Assembly (NCBI GenBank): GCA_049975365.1
Contig: JBNGDS010000002.1
Coordinates: 5,461 to 69,460 of the forward strand
From: Desulfomonilia bacterium
GTDB lineage: Bacteria; Desulfobacterota; Desulfomonilia; UBA1062
Length of the DNA: 64,000 nt
Reading direction: 5' to 3'
Both the position numbers and the translations under genes were made by a program. This document shows positions 6,992 to 16,457 of this stretch, one piece after another; the first letter of the stretch is position 1; each line of letters opens with the position of its first letter. Under the pieces are notes generated by a model. That model was not told where the DNA came from. It saw only the letters and a list, made by a program, of their open reading frames with translations, and did no database searches.

Positions 6992-9136
6992 ATGGAACAG
7001 AGAGTCGTGGATGTCGTGCTCTTTTCAGCCATCCCCAAACCCCTGAGCTACCTCCTTCCCGAAGGGAAATCGGTAAAACCCGGGTGCAGGGTGGTTGCCC
7101 CGGTGCGGAAGACCGAGAAAGTCGGGGTAGTCATTCGCATCACGGAATCTCCCTCTGAAACCCGTGACCTCAAGAGCATCCCCTCGGTTCTGGATGATGA
7201 GCCGTGCATCACCGCAGAGATCATCGACCTGGTGACGTGGTGCTCCCGGTACTACCACCGGCCACTGGGCGAATGCATGTCCCTTGCCGTGCCACCCTCC
7301 CTGAGAAAACCACTGCCTCTCCCACGTGAAACCGATACCCACGTCTGTCTTAAGAAAACTCCTACCGGGAGGCTCGGCCCCAGGCAGGAAACGATCATCG
7401 AGGCACTCTCTGGCTCCTCTATGGCGCTCGAAGATCTGAAGGATCTCATCCCCGGCTGTCTGCCATCCCTGAAAAGTCTCATCAGGAGAGGGTATGTCGA
7501 ACTGGTGGAGAAGAAGCCCCCGGTTCACGGGATTCAGGATTCACCCCTCTCCCACACGAATGACCAGATCAGGGCCATCGGGCAGATCACGGATATCATG
7601 GCATCTCATCGATTTGAACCCGTTGTCCTTCACGGGATAACCGGTTCCGGAAAGACCGAAGTGTACCTGACCTGTGCACAGAAAACCCTCGCACAGGGAC
7701 GATCAGTCCTCTATCTGGTGCCGGAGATCGCCCTGACTCCCCAGACCATCGACATGGTGCGGCGCCGGGTCTCCCACGAGGTTGCACTCTTCCATTCTGG
7801 CCTGTCCCCGAGACAGAGGGCTGAGGAGTTCTCGAAAGTTGCCCGCGGTCATGCGCGGTTCGCCCTGGGGACGCGATCTGCCATATTTGCACCGCTGAGT
7901 GACATCGGGCTCATCATCGTGGACGAAGAGCACGACGGCAGCTACAAACAGGAGGACGGGGTACCGTACAATGCACGGGATCTTGCGCTCCTCAGGGCGC
8001 GGAACCATCGAGCGCCCGTCATCCTGGGCTCTGCAACACCGAGCATGGAAAGCTTCGTACGCACCTTGTCGCAGAGCTCACGGCTCGTCACCATGTCTTC
8101 CAGGATCGGGCCTGCAACCTTGCCGGCGATTGATATCATCGATATGCGCGATTCGAAAGATCCCCTCTCCCCGGAACTGATCGATGCCATCGGCCACACC
8201 GTGGAGAAGGGGGAACAGGTGCTTCTCTTCATCAACAGGAGGGGGTTTGCCTCGGCCATGGTCTGCCCGGGATGCGGGAAGGTGCTGACCTGCACGCGGT
8301 GCGACCGGAGTCTCACCTACCACAAGGCAAAAGGGGTAGGTCTGTGCCACTACTGCGGGTACTCGCTTCCGCTCCCCGAAATCTGCCCCTTCTGCGGGTG
8401 CCTGGACATGAGTCCGGTGGGCCTTGGAACAGAACGCATCATGGAGGCAGTCCGATCGCACTTCCCCGACCTGAGAACGCTGAAAATGGATTCAGACGAG
8501 ATGACCACGAGCGCAAAGCTCGCATCGGCACTGAGTGCCATCAGGGAAAAAGGTGTGGACGTGATCGTGGGAACCCAGATGATCGCGAAGGGGCACGATT
8601 TCGACGACCTCACCCTGGTCGGGGTGATGCACGCAGAACAGCTTCTGTACATGCCTGACTTCCGGGCGGGGGAAAGAACCTTCCAGCAGATCGTGCAGGT
8701 TGCCGGCAGGGCGGGGAGACGCAGGCCCGACACACACGTGCTGATCCAGACCCTGATGCCCGATCACCCCCTCATCAGATCGATTGCAGCATATGACTAC
8801 ACGGCCATGATCTCCGCCGAGGAGGCCTCCCGGCGCATGGCCGGATTTCCCCCCTTTACTCACATGGCCCGGTGCATCGTCTCGGCGAAATACTCCGGGG
8901 ATGTCAGGGACACAGCCCTGGACCTTTCGGCACGCATTACGGGAAGGACGGGAGTGGAGATTCTGGGGCCTGCACCGGCACCCATCTCCTTGTTGAGAAA
9001 ACGTCACCGGTGGCACTTCATTGTGCGGGCGCATGACAGGAACAGGCTTCACGGAGCGATCGCTGCCCTGGAACAGATACGCTTCTCCACCAGGGTGCAG
9101 CTCAAGATCGATATCGACCCCTACACCATGCTCTAG
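6992..9136 (+). CDS. priA: Primosomal protein N' / replication restart helicase PriA
   Basis: 714 aa. Walker A GITGSGKTEVY, DEEH box (IIVDEEHD), Cys-rich zinc-binding insert (CPGCGKVLTCTRCD...CHYCGY...CPFCGC), and helicase C domain. Confidence 0.9.
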   Translation: MEQRVVDVVLFSAIPKPLSYLLPEGKSVKPGCRVVAPVRKTEKVGVVIRITESPSETRDLKSIPSVLDDEPCITAEIIDLVTWCSRYYHRPLGECMSLAVPPSLRKPLPLPRETDTHVCLKKTPTGRLGPRQETIIEALSGSSMALEDLKDLIPGCLPSLKSLIRRGYVELVEKKPPVHGIQDSPLSHTNDQIRAIGQITDIMASHRFEPVVLHGITGSGKTEVYLTCAQKTLAQGRSVLYLVPEIALTPQTIDMVRRRVSHEVALFHSGLSPRQRAEEFSKVARGHARFALGTRSAIFAPLSDIGLIIVDEEHDGSYKQEDGVPYNARDLALLRARNHRAPVILGSATPSMESFVRTLSQSSRLVTMSSRIGPATLPAIDIIDMRDSKDPLSPELIDAIGHTVEKGEQVLLFINRRGFASAMVCPGCGKVLTCTRCDRSLTYHKAKGVGLCHYCGYSLPLPEICPFCGCLDMSPVGLGTERIMEAVRSHFPDLRTLKMDSDEMTTSAKLASALSAIREKGVDVIVGTQMIAKGHDFDDLTLVGVMHAEQLLYMPDFRAGERTFQQIVQVAGRAGRRRPDTHVLIQTLMPDHPLIRSIAAYDYTAMISAEEASRRMAGFPPFTHMARCIVSAKYSGDVRDTALDLSARITGRTGVEILGPAPAPISLLRKRHRWHFIVRAHDRNRLHGAIAALEQIRFSTRVQLKIDIDPYTML

Positions 9137-9142
9137 GTATGG

Positions 9143-9268
9143 TTACCTGAATCGCTGGTATGAGAGTCTTCTGATGAGGCGAGCCCTCTCCTTGAGCTTC
9201 AAGGTGAGGTAACAGGGGCTCAGGATGAGCGCCCTGATGATTTCCCTCTTCGTCATCCCTGATCTCAT
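9143..9268 (-). CDS. Hypothetical small basic protein (41 aa) downstream of the tRNA-Ser genes
   Basis: ORF MRSGMTKREIIRALILSPCYLTLKLKERARLIRRLSYQRFR with a perfect GGAGG SD 5 nt upstream of the ATG. It was not in the supplied ORF track (under 60 aa). No homolog recognised. Confidence 0.2.
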   Translation of the reverse strand: MRSGMTKREIIRALILSPCYLTLKLKERARLIRRLSYQRFR

Positions 9269-9480
9269 ATTTTCCTCCATGATAGTTCCCTATCGGTGAT
9301 CCTGGAGGATTTCTTGAAGATACAGGGATGAACACACGGACCATCCTATGTCTCGAGGTGGGATCGTCCCGTTCAGGCACTGAGGCCCCCTGCATCAGCC
9401 ACCTGAGCAGGCGACGGGTCGAGAAGGATTGTGTGGCGGGAATGAGACCCCCTGTCTCCAGGGTCTGAAGCAGGAATACC

Positions 9481-9573
9481 TGGCGGAGAGAGAGGGATTC
9501 GAACCCTCGGTGGAGCTTTTGACCCCACATTCGCTTAGCAGGCGAACGCCTTCGTCCACTCGGCCATCTCTCC
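9481..9573 (-). tRNA. tRNA-Ser (anticodon GCT)
   Basis: Revcomp GGAGAGATGGCCGAGTGGACGAAGGCG-TTCGC-CTGCTAA-GCGAA-...long variable arm...-GAGGGTTCGAATCCCTC-TCTCTCC-G-CCA. 93 nt, class II tRNA with encoded CCA. Confidence 0.85.
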
Positions 9574-9578
9574 GTGCC

Positions 9579-9666
9579 TGGCGGAGGGAGTAGGATTCGA
9601 ACCCACGGTACCTGACGGTACAGCGGTTTTCAAGACCGCCGCCTTAAGCCACTCGGCCATCCCTCC
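9579..9666 (-). tRNA. tRNA-Ser (anticodon TGA)
   Basis: Revcomp GGAGGGATGGCCGAGTGGCTTAAGGCG-GCGGT-CTTGAAA-ACCGC-...variable arm...-GGGTTCGAATCCTAC-TCCCTCC-G-CCA. 88 nt, encoded CCA. Confidence 0.85.
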
Positions 9667-9680
9667 GTGACTCACTCTCA

Positions 9681-10952
9681 TTATCCGATTGGACCGATGA
9701 GGTCAAGGCCCATGTAGGGCTGCAGAACCTTCGGAATCCTCACTGTACCGTCAGAGAGCTGGTGGTTTTCCAGGATGGCTGCAACGGTTCTGCCGACCGC
9801 GAGACCACTCCCGTTTAACGTGTGGCAGAACTCGGTCTTCTTCGTGTCCTTTCCCTTGTACCGGATCTGGCCTCTCCTTGCCTGAAAATCCGAGAAGTTG
9901 CTGCACGAGGATATCTCACGGAATACACCCTGGGCAGGCATCCAGACTTCGAGGTCGTAGGTCTTTGCCGATGAGAAGCCGAGATCACCCGTGCAGAGCG
10001 TCACGACACGGTAGTGCAGTTCAAGTTTACGAAGGATGTCTTCAGCGTCGTTGGTGAGTTCCTCGAGATCGTCAAACGAGTGTGCGGGGTTGGCAAACCT
10101 GACGAGTTCGACCTTGTTGAACTGGTGCTGTCTGATAAGACCCCTGGTATCTTTTCCATAGGACCCCGCTTCCCTCCGGAAGCAGGGGGTATATGCAACG
10201 AGCTTGACAGGCAGTGCGTCCTCCTCCAGGATTTCATCCCGGTAGAGGTTGGTCACAGGCACTTCGGCTGTGGGAATGAGAAAGAATTCCTCTGTTGCAA
10301 AGAGATCTGCCTCGAACTTGGGGAGCTGTCCGGTCGCCGTCATGCTGTCCCTGTTCACCAGGAAGGGCGGCAGAACCTCGGTGTAGCCATGCTCCCGCAC
10401 GTGGACATCGAGCATGAAGTTGATGAGCGCCCTCTCGAGCAGTGCACCGAGCCCCCAGTTGACACAGAACCTCGCGCCGGTGATCTTTGCCGCCCGCTTG
10501 AAATCGAGGATCCTCAGATCTTCCCCGACTTCCCAGTGATCGCGAGGGAGGAAGGAAAAATCCGGCTTCTCTCCCCAGATACGGACGACCTGGTTATCCT
10601 GCTCGTCAGATCCGACCGGGACACTCTCATGGGGAATGTTCGGGATTTCGAGGACCAGGGATTCAACGATCGTCTCCCGCTCCCTGATCTCGGAATCGAG
10701 GGCCTTGATGGTATCGGAGATGCGTCGCATCTCGCTTTTTTCTGTCTCGAGATCTCCACCTGTGGACCGTGCCTTCCCGATGCGGGCTGAAAACTGGTTC
10801 CTGAGTGCCTTGAGTTCATCAGCCTTCTGGATCAGGGCTCTCCTCTGCGTATCTTCAACGAGCAGGGTCTCGAGGTCAACATCAGAGCCCCTGTCTTGCA
10901 AAGACTTCTGCACAATTTCCGCATTTTGCCTAATGAATTTGAGGTCTAACAT
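9681..10952 (-). CDS. serS: Seryl-tRNA synthetase
   Basis: 423 aa with an N-terminal coiled-coil tRNA-binding arm ([10 protein letters not shown]...), class II core motifs ([21 protein letters not shown]) and a C-terminal GSGLAVGRT. Confidence 0.9.
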   Translation of the reverse strand: MLDLKFIRQNAEIVQKSLQDRGSDVDLETLLVEDTQRRALIQKADELKALRNQFSARIGKARSTGGDLETEKSEMRRISDTIKALDSEIRERETIVESLVLEIPNIPHESVPVGSDEQDNQVVRIWGEKPDFSFLPRDHWEVGEDLRILDFKRAAKITGARFCVNWGLGALLERALINFMLDVHVREHGYTEVLPPFLVNRDSMTATGQLPKFEADLFATEEFFLIPTAEVPVTNLYRDEILEEDALPVKLVAYTPCFRREAGSYGKDTRGLIRQHQFNKVELVRFANPAHSFDDLEELTNDAEDILRKLELHYRVVTLCTGDLGFSSAKTYDLEVWMPAQGVFREISSCSNFSDFQARRGQIRYKGKDTKKTEFCHTLNGSGLAVGRTVAAILENHQLSDGTVRIPKVLQPYMGLDLIGPIG

Positions 10953-11053
10953 GGCGCGGACTCTAGCATTTCAGACACCCCCCGTCAAGATATCCCTACG
11001 TGCCGCATGGCCATTCTCACCAGGAACACTTGCACGGGGAAGGATTCTGTATT

Positions 11054-14000
11054 ATGTGGCAGGCAAAGACCTGTATGCGATCATCCTCACGAATACTCCT
11101 CATCATAGCCGGATGTGTCACACTGGGTGCACTCGTACTGCTCCTGGTCTTTTACACCTGCGTGCTGAGATGTCCCGAGACCATTACCAGATCAGTCGAG
11201 AACAGGATGGAACAGGATCTCGGAGCGGAGGTCGTCATCGCTCACATGAGCCTGGACATCTTCACGGGTCCCCGAGCGGTGCTCAGCGGGATACAGATCG
11301 GCTCTCAGGAGGATCTTTTTCTTTCAGCCGAGTCCGTCGAGGCATACCTGTCTCCCTGGAGACTGATCTTCGGAAAGGTGGCTATCCGCTCCGCTGTGGT
11401 GAAAAACCCATCCGGCGTCATCAGGGTGGAGAACCTCCCTCTCCCTGGGGCGCACGGGGATATGGGCGGTCTCCCTGCCCTCACCGTCGAGGGTGGTTCA
11501 CTGAGAATCCTGTTCGGGCAGACAGAGCTCGACCTCAGCAGGATCAACGGCAGTCTTTCCAGGCGCAAAGCCGACCTCAGGATGGAAGCACTCGGCTCCC
11601 AGATCAAGCTGTCCGCCGTGTATCCAAGTCCTTCGACCATCACCCTGGAAACAACAGGCCTCGACCTGGGAATGCTCAGAAGCGACGTGGCGGGGACGGC
11701 GGATCTCACGGCGGTCCTGAATTTCGACGGCACGACCATGCGCTCAAAACTGGACGCCCGCGTATCCTCCCTCAAGGTCCCCTGGCATGAAACACGTCTC
11801 GATGAGACGAGCGTGCGCATCCGTGCCACAGGTGCACCCGATGCCGTGACACTGGAGGAGATATCCCTGAAAACCCCCCTGGTGGAATTTCACGGAACCG
11901 GGAATGTGAACGGCCTGGAGACAGCATCGGGACGGGGAGATGCCCGGCTGACCCTTGATCTTACCTCAACCGTGTTTGACTACGAGCAGGTGGTGAATTT
12001 CCTGCCCGTGGAATCCTTCCCGGAATGGCTTAGAATACTCCTCACCACCCAGATCCGCGACGGGACATCTCGATTCTCAAAGGTGCACTACGATGGGACG
12101 ATCACGGACCTTCTCAGGGGGGAGACCTTTTTCAGAAACCTCTCAGTGGTCCAGGATCTCATGAACCAGAGCTTCTCCGCGGGATATTCCGCCGACAGGA
12201 TCACTGCGATCACGGGATCGGTGCTCTACGGTCCCGAGGATATCGAGTTCCACAACCTCACGGGTACGATGGGGGAATCATCCCTGGACAGGGTGAACAT
12301 CCTGTTTGGCGATGTCCTCTCGGAAGCGATGCGTGTCGGCGTGGATGTCGATCTCGACATGGATGCAGAGGATTTCATCCCTGCATGGAGGGCTGCACTG
12401 GTCCCTGAGACTGTCTATGCCCTGCTGAACCCTGTGGGCACTATGACAGAAGGCAGGGTGCGGGCTCAGGTGAGCACGTACTCTGACAGTGCATCCGACG
12501 CCCCGGTCCAGCTCCGCGGCATCATCACGCTCGATGGGTGCTCATACACGTGGGGTACTCACTCGGTGACCTCCCACTCCGGATCGATCACCGCAGAGGA
12601 ATACACCTCTCCGGTTCAGGCGGTCTTTTCAGGGATCGTGGACGGCACCAGGATCGATGAACTTGCACTCACCCTGGAAAAACCCTTTGATGAAAACGTG
12701 TACCGGTTTACCCTGAAGACGGCGGAGCCTCCAGAGATAGCGGGAGTGAAGCTCGACACGCCCTCACGGGCCACCATTACCGGCTCGGGCACCGGGCCTC
12801 GCATACAGGGGACGGTTGAGATATCTTCCCAGGGCTTTACCATGATGGGGACGCACTACATCTCCCTTGCCACACCTCTGGAGGCAGCAGGGAAGATAGC
12901 GATTGCTCTGGAGCCTTCCCCTGAAGTGAGCATCTCAGATCTGGGGGTACGTCTTGCATCGAGCAGGGTGAACGTTTCCGCCCGGGTCACTGAACATGCA
13001 GGAACAGCGCGCGTCACGGGGGTGCTCCGCCTCGAGGAATTGGCTGCCGAAATCAGCGCGACCCCCCAGAAGCTGCACGGCATTCTAAGGGGGGATATGT
13101 CGTTGTCCTGGGGTGATACACGTTCTCTCTCCGGGGATGTTGTCTTTGACGATGTCGCGTTGTACTACCAGGAGAACCCCGTTACCATGAATGGCTCCCT
13201 GGCGCTGAAAAACACCACGGCAACCACTAACGAGTTCGTGGTCATGCTCGGTGACATGAGAACGACGCTGGCCGGGTCGCTCCTGATCTCAGATATACCT
13301 CGCTTCCGGGGAACCATGAAGATCGATGGCCTTGCCATCACCTCGGAGAGGGGGCTGAACTCATCGAATTTCTTCAAAAAAATCGATGCAGACGCTTCGC
13401 TGACCCTTACACATCTCGACCTCTACGGGATTCCGGTGGAAACCGCCAGCGCCCGGGCTGAACTCAGCCAGGGCGTGCTCACGCTGTCCCAGATGCATCT
13501 GGACGGAGTCTCGGGAACAGCCAAGGGATCTGTCCGCCTCAATCTGGAGGGCGAGTCCAGTTATGACATGGTCATTTCACTGAAAAATGCCAACATGCGC
13601 AGGTTCCTGAACGCCTTGTCCCCCGGGCAGGACTGGATCACCGGAGACATGAATCTCGACGGGCACCTCTGGGGGGAAACCGGCTCGATCAACGGATCTC
13701 TCACCATGACGGCCCGGGACGGAAAGATCAGGAGGTATGCGCTGTTCAACAGCATCTTCACGGTGCTGAATGTCTACAGGATCGTGCAGACCGGGGATCT
13801 CGAGCTCACCAGCAGGAATTTTCCCTACAACTTCATGTCCTCGACATTTAGCATCTCCGATGGGCTTGTCACGTTCGACGATTTCTACATCGACAGCAAT
13901 TCCCTCCAGATTTCGGCGGTGGGAGACTACTCCCTGAAAGACAAACGGATCGATGCGACTCTGGGTATTCAGCCCCTTGAAAGCATCGACAAGACCATCA

Positions 14001-14218
14001 GCATCATCCCGCTGCTCGGCTGGGTACTCACCGGTGACGACGAGAAGCTCATCGTGGTCTTCCTGAAGGTGAAGGGGGATATCGATGACCCCTCCGTCAG
14101 GCTAGAGCCTCTCAAGACGTTTGAACGACCCCTCGTTTCAACCCTCCTGCGCGCCCTCAAGCTCTCCACGGATATCCTCAACAAGTCTCAGCAGTTCATC
14201 CCTGGAAAAAAGAACTGA
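11054..14218 (+). CDS. AsmA-family (TamB/YhdP-like) large envelope protein
   Basis: About 1050 aa. N-terminal signal-anchor (RILLIIAGCVTLGALVLLLVF), a long beta-rich region poor in charged residues, and a C-terminal AsmA-like segment. The start among ATGs at 11000/11054/11075 is uncertain. Confidence 0.6.
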   Translation: MWQAKTCMRSSSRILLIIAGCVTLGALVLLLVFYTCVLRCPETITRSVENRMEQDLGAEVVIAHMSLDIFTGPRAVLSGIQIGSQEDLFLSAESVEAYLSPWRLIFGKVAIRSAVVKNPSGVIRVENLPLPGAHGDMGGLPALTVEGGSLRILFGQTELDLSRINGSLSRRKADLRMEALGSQIKLSAVYPSPSTITLETTGLDLGMLRSDVAGTADLTAVLNFDGTTMRSKLDARVSSLKVPWHETRLDETSVRIRATGAPDAVTLEEISLKTPLVEFHGTGNVNGLETASGRGDARLTLDLTSTVFDYEQVVNFLPVESFPEWLRILLTTQIRDGTSRFSKVHYDGTITDLLRGETFFRNLSVVQDLMNQSFSAGYSADRITAITGSVLYGPEDIEFHNLTGTMGESSLDRVNILFGDVLSEAMRVGVDVDLDMDAEDFIPAWRAALVPETVYALLNPVGTMTEGRVRAQVSTYSDSASDAPVQLRGIITLDGCSYTWGTHSVTSHSGSITAEEYTSPVQAVFSGIVDGTRIDELALTLEKPFDENVYRFTLKTAEPPEIAGVKLDTPSRATITGSGTGPRIQGTVEISSQGFTMMGTHYISLATPLEAAGKIAIALEPSPEVSISDLGVRLASSRVNVSARVTEHAGTARVTGVLRLEELAAEISATPQKLHGILRGDMSLSWGDTRSLSGDVVFDDVALYYQENPVTMNGSLALKNTTATTNEFVVMLGDMRTTLAGSLLISDIPRFRGTMKIDGLAITSERGLNSSNFFKKIDADASLTLTHLDLYGIPVETASARAELSQGVLTLSQMHLDGVSGTAKGSVRLNLEGESSYDMVISLKNANMRRFLNALSPGQDWITGDMNLDGHLWGETGSINGSLTMTARDGKIRRYALFNSIFTVLNVYRIVQTGDLELTSRNFPYNFMSSTFSISDGLVTFDDFYIDSNSLQISAVGDYSLKDKRIDATLGIQPLESIDKTISIIPLLGWVLTGDDEKLIVVFLKVKGDIDDPSVRLEPLKTFERPLVSTLLRALKLSTDILNKSQQFIPGKKN

Positions 14219-15695
14219 CGCCGCCGTTGGCCTCGTCGAGGAAAAACGCCTGCATCCGCTCGATGAGCGGGATGAGGCTGTTCCTGTCGAGTGCAGATAC
14301 CACGACCCCGTTGTAGCGATGAGCCATACTCTCTGCGAGGTCTTGACCGCATGCGTCGGCCTTGTTGAAGACCTTGAGCCTGGGTTTCTCCTGGAGATCC
14401 AGACCCTTGAGGATTTCATCGACCGCCTGCATCCGGTATTCCATATGGGGATCCGTGAGGTCGATGATCTCCAGGAGCAGGCGTGCGTCGGAAAGCTCTT
14501 CCAACGTCGCCATGAACGCTGCCTTGAGATCATCCGGCAGGTCCCTGATGAACCCCACGGTATCGGTGATGATCACCTCGAACTCCCTCGGGAATCTGAG
14601 GCGCTTGCTGGACGGGTCAAGGGTCGCAAAGGGCATGTCCGCGGTGAACACCCTGCTCCTGGTCAGGCTGTTGAGCAGGGTCGACTTCCCGGTGTTCGTG
14701 TAGCCGATGATGGAGATGACAGGGATCTCGTACCTGTTTCTCCGTGTCCTGGTGAGCCTTCGCTTCCTCCCGATCTGCGCGGTCTCCCTCTCGAGCCGCT
14801 CGATGCGCTCTTTTGCGCGCCTTCTATCGATCTCGAGCTTCGTTTCTCCAGGCCCCCTCGTCCCAATACCCCCCGCAAGCCTGGACAGTGCCGGGTTCTT
14901 TCCTACCAGGCGAGACATGTTATATTTAAGCTGTGCCAGTTCGACCTGGATCTTCCCCTCCTTGGTGCGTGCCCTCCGGGCAAAGATATCAAGGATGAGC
15001 TGTGTCCGGTCTATGACCCGCATGTCCACGAGGCTCGATATGGAGCGTGCCTGGGACGGGGTGAGTTCGTGGTCGAAGACGAGAAGGTTTGCATCCATGG
15101 CAAGGGCCGTGATGTAGATGTCCGAGAGTTTTCCCTTGCCGACGACATACTTGGGGTCTGGCTTGGGCCTCTTCTGAACCACGGTATCCAGCACCGTGAT
15201 TCCGGCAGCGGCTGCCAGCGACTGGAATTCCTGGGTATCGATCCTGGTATTCTCGTCGATGGATGGCCGAACAACGACCAGAATCGCCCTGTCTTCACCA
15301 GCACTCGGGCTCAGCGAGGTCTGGGTCTTGGTGATCTCGTCCTCCAGTTCGTGGATGAACGCATCGAAGGGGAGCGCGATCATGTAGGTTGGAACGGGTT
15401 CGAGCACCTTCCACAGCATTGCTCCGTCACTGGTGGGCAGGAGATGGGCACCGTGGGCCAGCCCCGGGTTTCCGTTCTCGCGGACCGTGATGGCGTACAC
15501 CATATCGAGCCTGAGTTTTGCCAGGTCCGTGAGATCTTCAAAGGTGAGCCCGTCTTCCCCGAGATGGGTGTGGATAAGCCTCAGACCCTGGAGCCGGCCG
15601 GGGTGAATTCGTCTGCGGTTGAGTTCTGGAATGGGGATCGATCCGGCTGATCCGGCTATCACGTATTCGATCACGCCGCCGCGGTCAATGAGCAC
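14196..15695 (-). CDS. hflX: GTPase HflX (with an N-terminal extension of ~125 aa relative to the E. coli protein, or a mis-called start)
   Basis: HflX N-domain (PKYVVGKGKL...VIDRTQLILDIFARRARTKEGKIQVELAQL), GTPase domain (G1 GYTNTGKSTL, DTVGF, NKAD). Confidence 0.85.
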   Translation of the reverse strand: MLIDRGGVIEYVIAGSAGSIPIPELNRRRIHPGRLQGLRLIHTHLGEDGLTFEDLTDLAKLRLDMVYAITVRENGNPGLAHGAHLLPTSDGAMLWKVLEPVPTYMIALPFDAFIHELEDEITKTQTSLSPSAGEDRAILVVVRPSIDENTRIDTQEFQSLAAAAGITVLDTVVQKRPKPDPKYVVGKGKLSDIYITALAMDANLLVFDHELTPSQARSISSLVDMRVIDRTQLILDIFARRARTKEGKIQVELAQLKYNMSRLVGKNPALSRLAGGIGTRGPGETKLEIDRRRAKERIERLERETAQIGRKRRLTRTRRNRYEIPVISIIGYTNTGKSTLLNSLTRSRVFTADMPFATLDPSSKRLRFPREFEVIITDTVGFIRDLPDDLKAAFMATLEELSDARLLLEIIDLTDPHMEYRMQAVDEILKGLDLQEKPRLKVFNKADACGQDLAESMAHRYNGVVVSALDRNSLIPLIERMQAFFLDEANGGVSSFFQG

Positions 15696-15872
15696 CCCGA
15701 TCTGGATGCCGGCAGTGCGTGATATCCGGGTGAGTTCCGTGCAGAAATCATGTGTGAAAGGAATATCGGGAGGAAGCTTTCTCCTGTAGAGCCGCTCAAC
15801 GGCGCGTAGTGTTGATGCCTTGAGACCCTTGGTATGTCCGTATACTTTCTGTATGGAGAGTCCTCCTTGCCC

Positions 15873-16409
15873 TCAGATTTTTTCAATCAAGGAAGAGTGC
15901 ATGACGACCTTGGCACGGTTGTTCACCATGTCCACCAGGATACGGACACGTCCCTCGTCAGAACCCCATGCCTCGAAGATCCCGTAGAGATCCCTCAGCG
16001 GACCCGATTTAATGCGCACCACGTCACCTGGCGAGAACTCAACCGGTTTCTTGATCACTCCTGATCCTTCATCCTCCAGGGAGTGGAGCCCGACGATGAA
16101 TTCCTCCTCAATGGGCACCGGCTGGTAGTTGTCCAGCAGGATTCTCCTGACTCCCCTGCACCAGCGAATCTTGTGAAGCTCTTCCTCTACGGGAACGACC
16201 CGTACGAACAGATAATTGGGAAACAGGGGATACTTCTTCAGCGTCTTCTTCCGCGCATGGAACACGTACTTCTCCATGAAGGGCTGGTAAGTCTGCACAC
16301 CCTGCTGAGAGAGGACCAGGCACGCCAGGGAGTCCTCCTTGGGGTTTGTCTGGATCACGAACCACTGTTTTACGCTGTCATCCACGGTCTCTCTGTATAG
16401 CGAAAACAC
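15873..16409 (-). CDS. NusG-family transcription antitermination paralog (RfaH/UpxY-like)
   Basis: 178 aa. NGN domain (WFVIQTNPKEDSLA), C-terminal KOW (GDVVRIKSGPLRDLYGIFEAW). It is too short and divergent to be the housekeeping NusG, which would sit in the secE-nusG-rplK context. Confidence 0.65.
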   Translation of the reverse strand: MFSLYRETVDDSVKQWFVIQTNPKEDSLACLVLSQQGVQTYQPFMEKYVFHARKKTLKKYPLFPNYLFVRVVPVEEELHKIRWCRGVRRILLDNYQPVPIEEEFIVGLHSLEDEGSGVIKKPVEFSPGDVVRIKSGPLRDLYGIFEAWGSDEGRVRILVDMVNNRAKVVMHSSLIEKI

Positions 16410-16457
16410 GCGTCCGAGTCAATCGGTGCAGGACGGAACGGGCAGCTCGAGGGGGAT

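Noticed and set aside
9102-9530. 142-aa minus-strand ORF downstream of priA
   Set aside because: It overlaps the tRNA-Ser(GCT) gene and the priA 3' end. Its composition is an off-frame artefact. Only the short SD-bearing 41-aa ORF within this region was kept, as a low-confidence feature.
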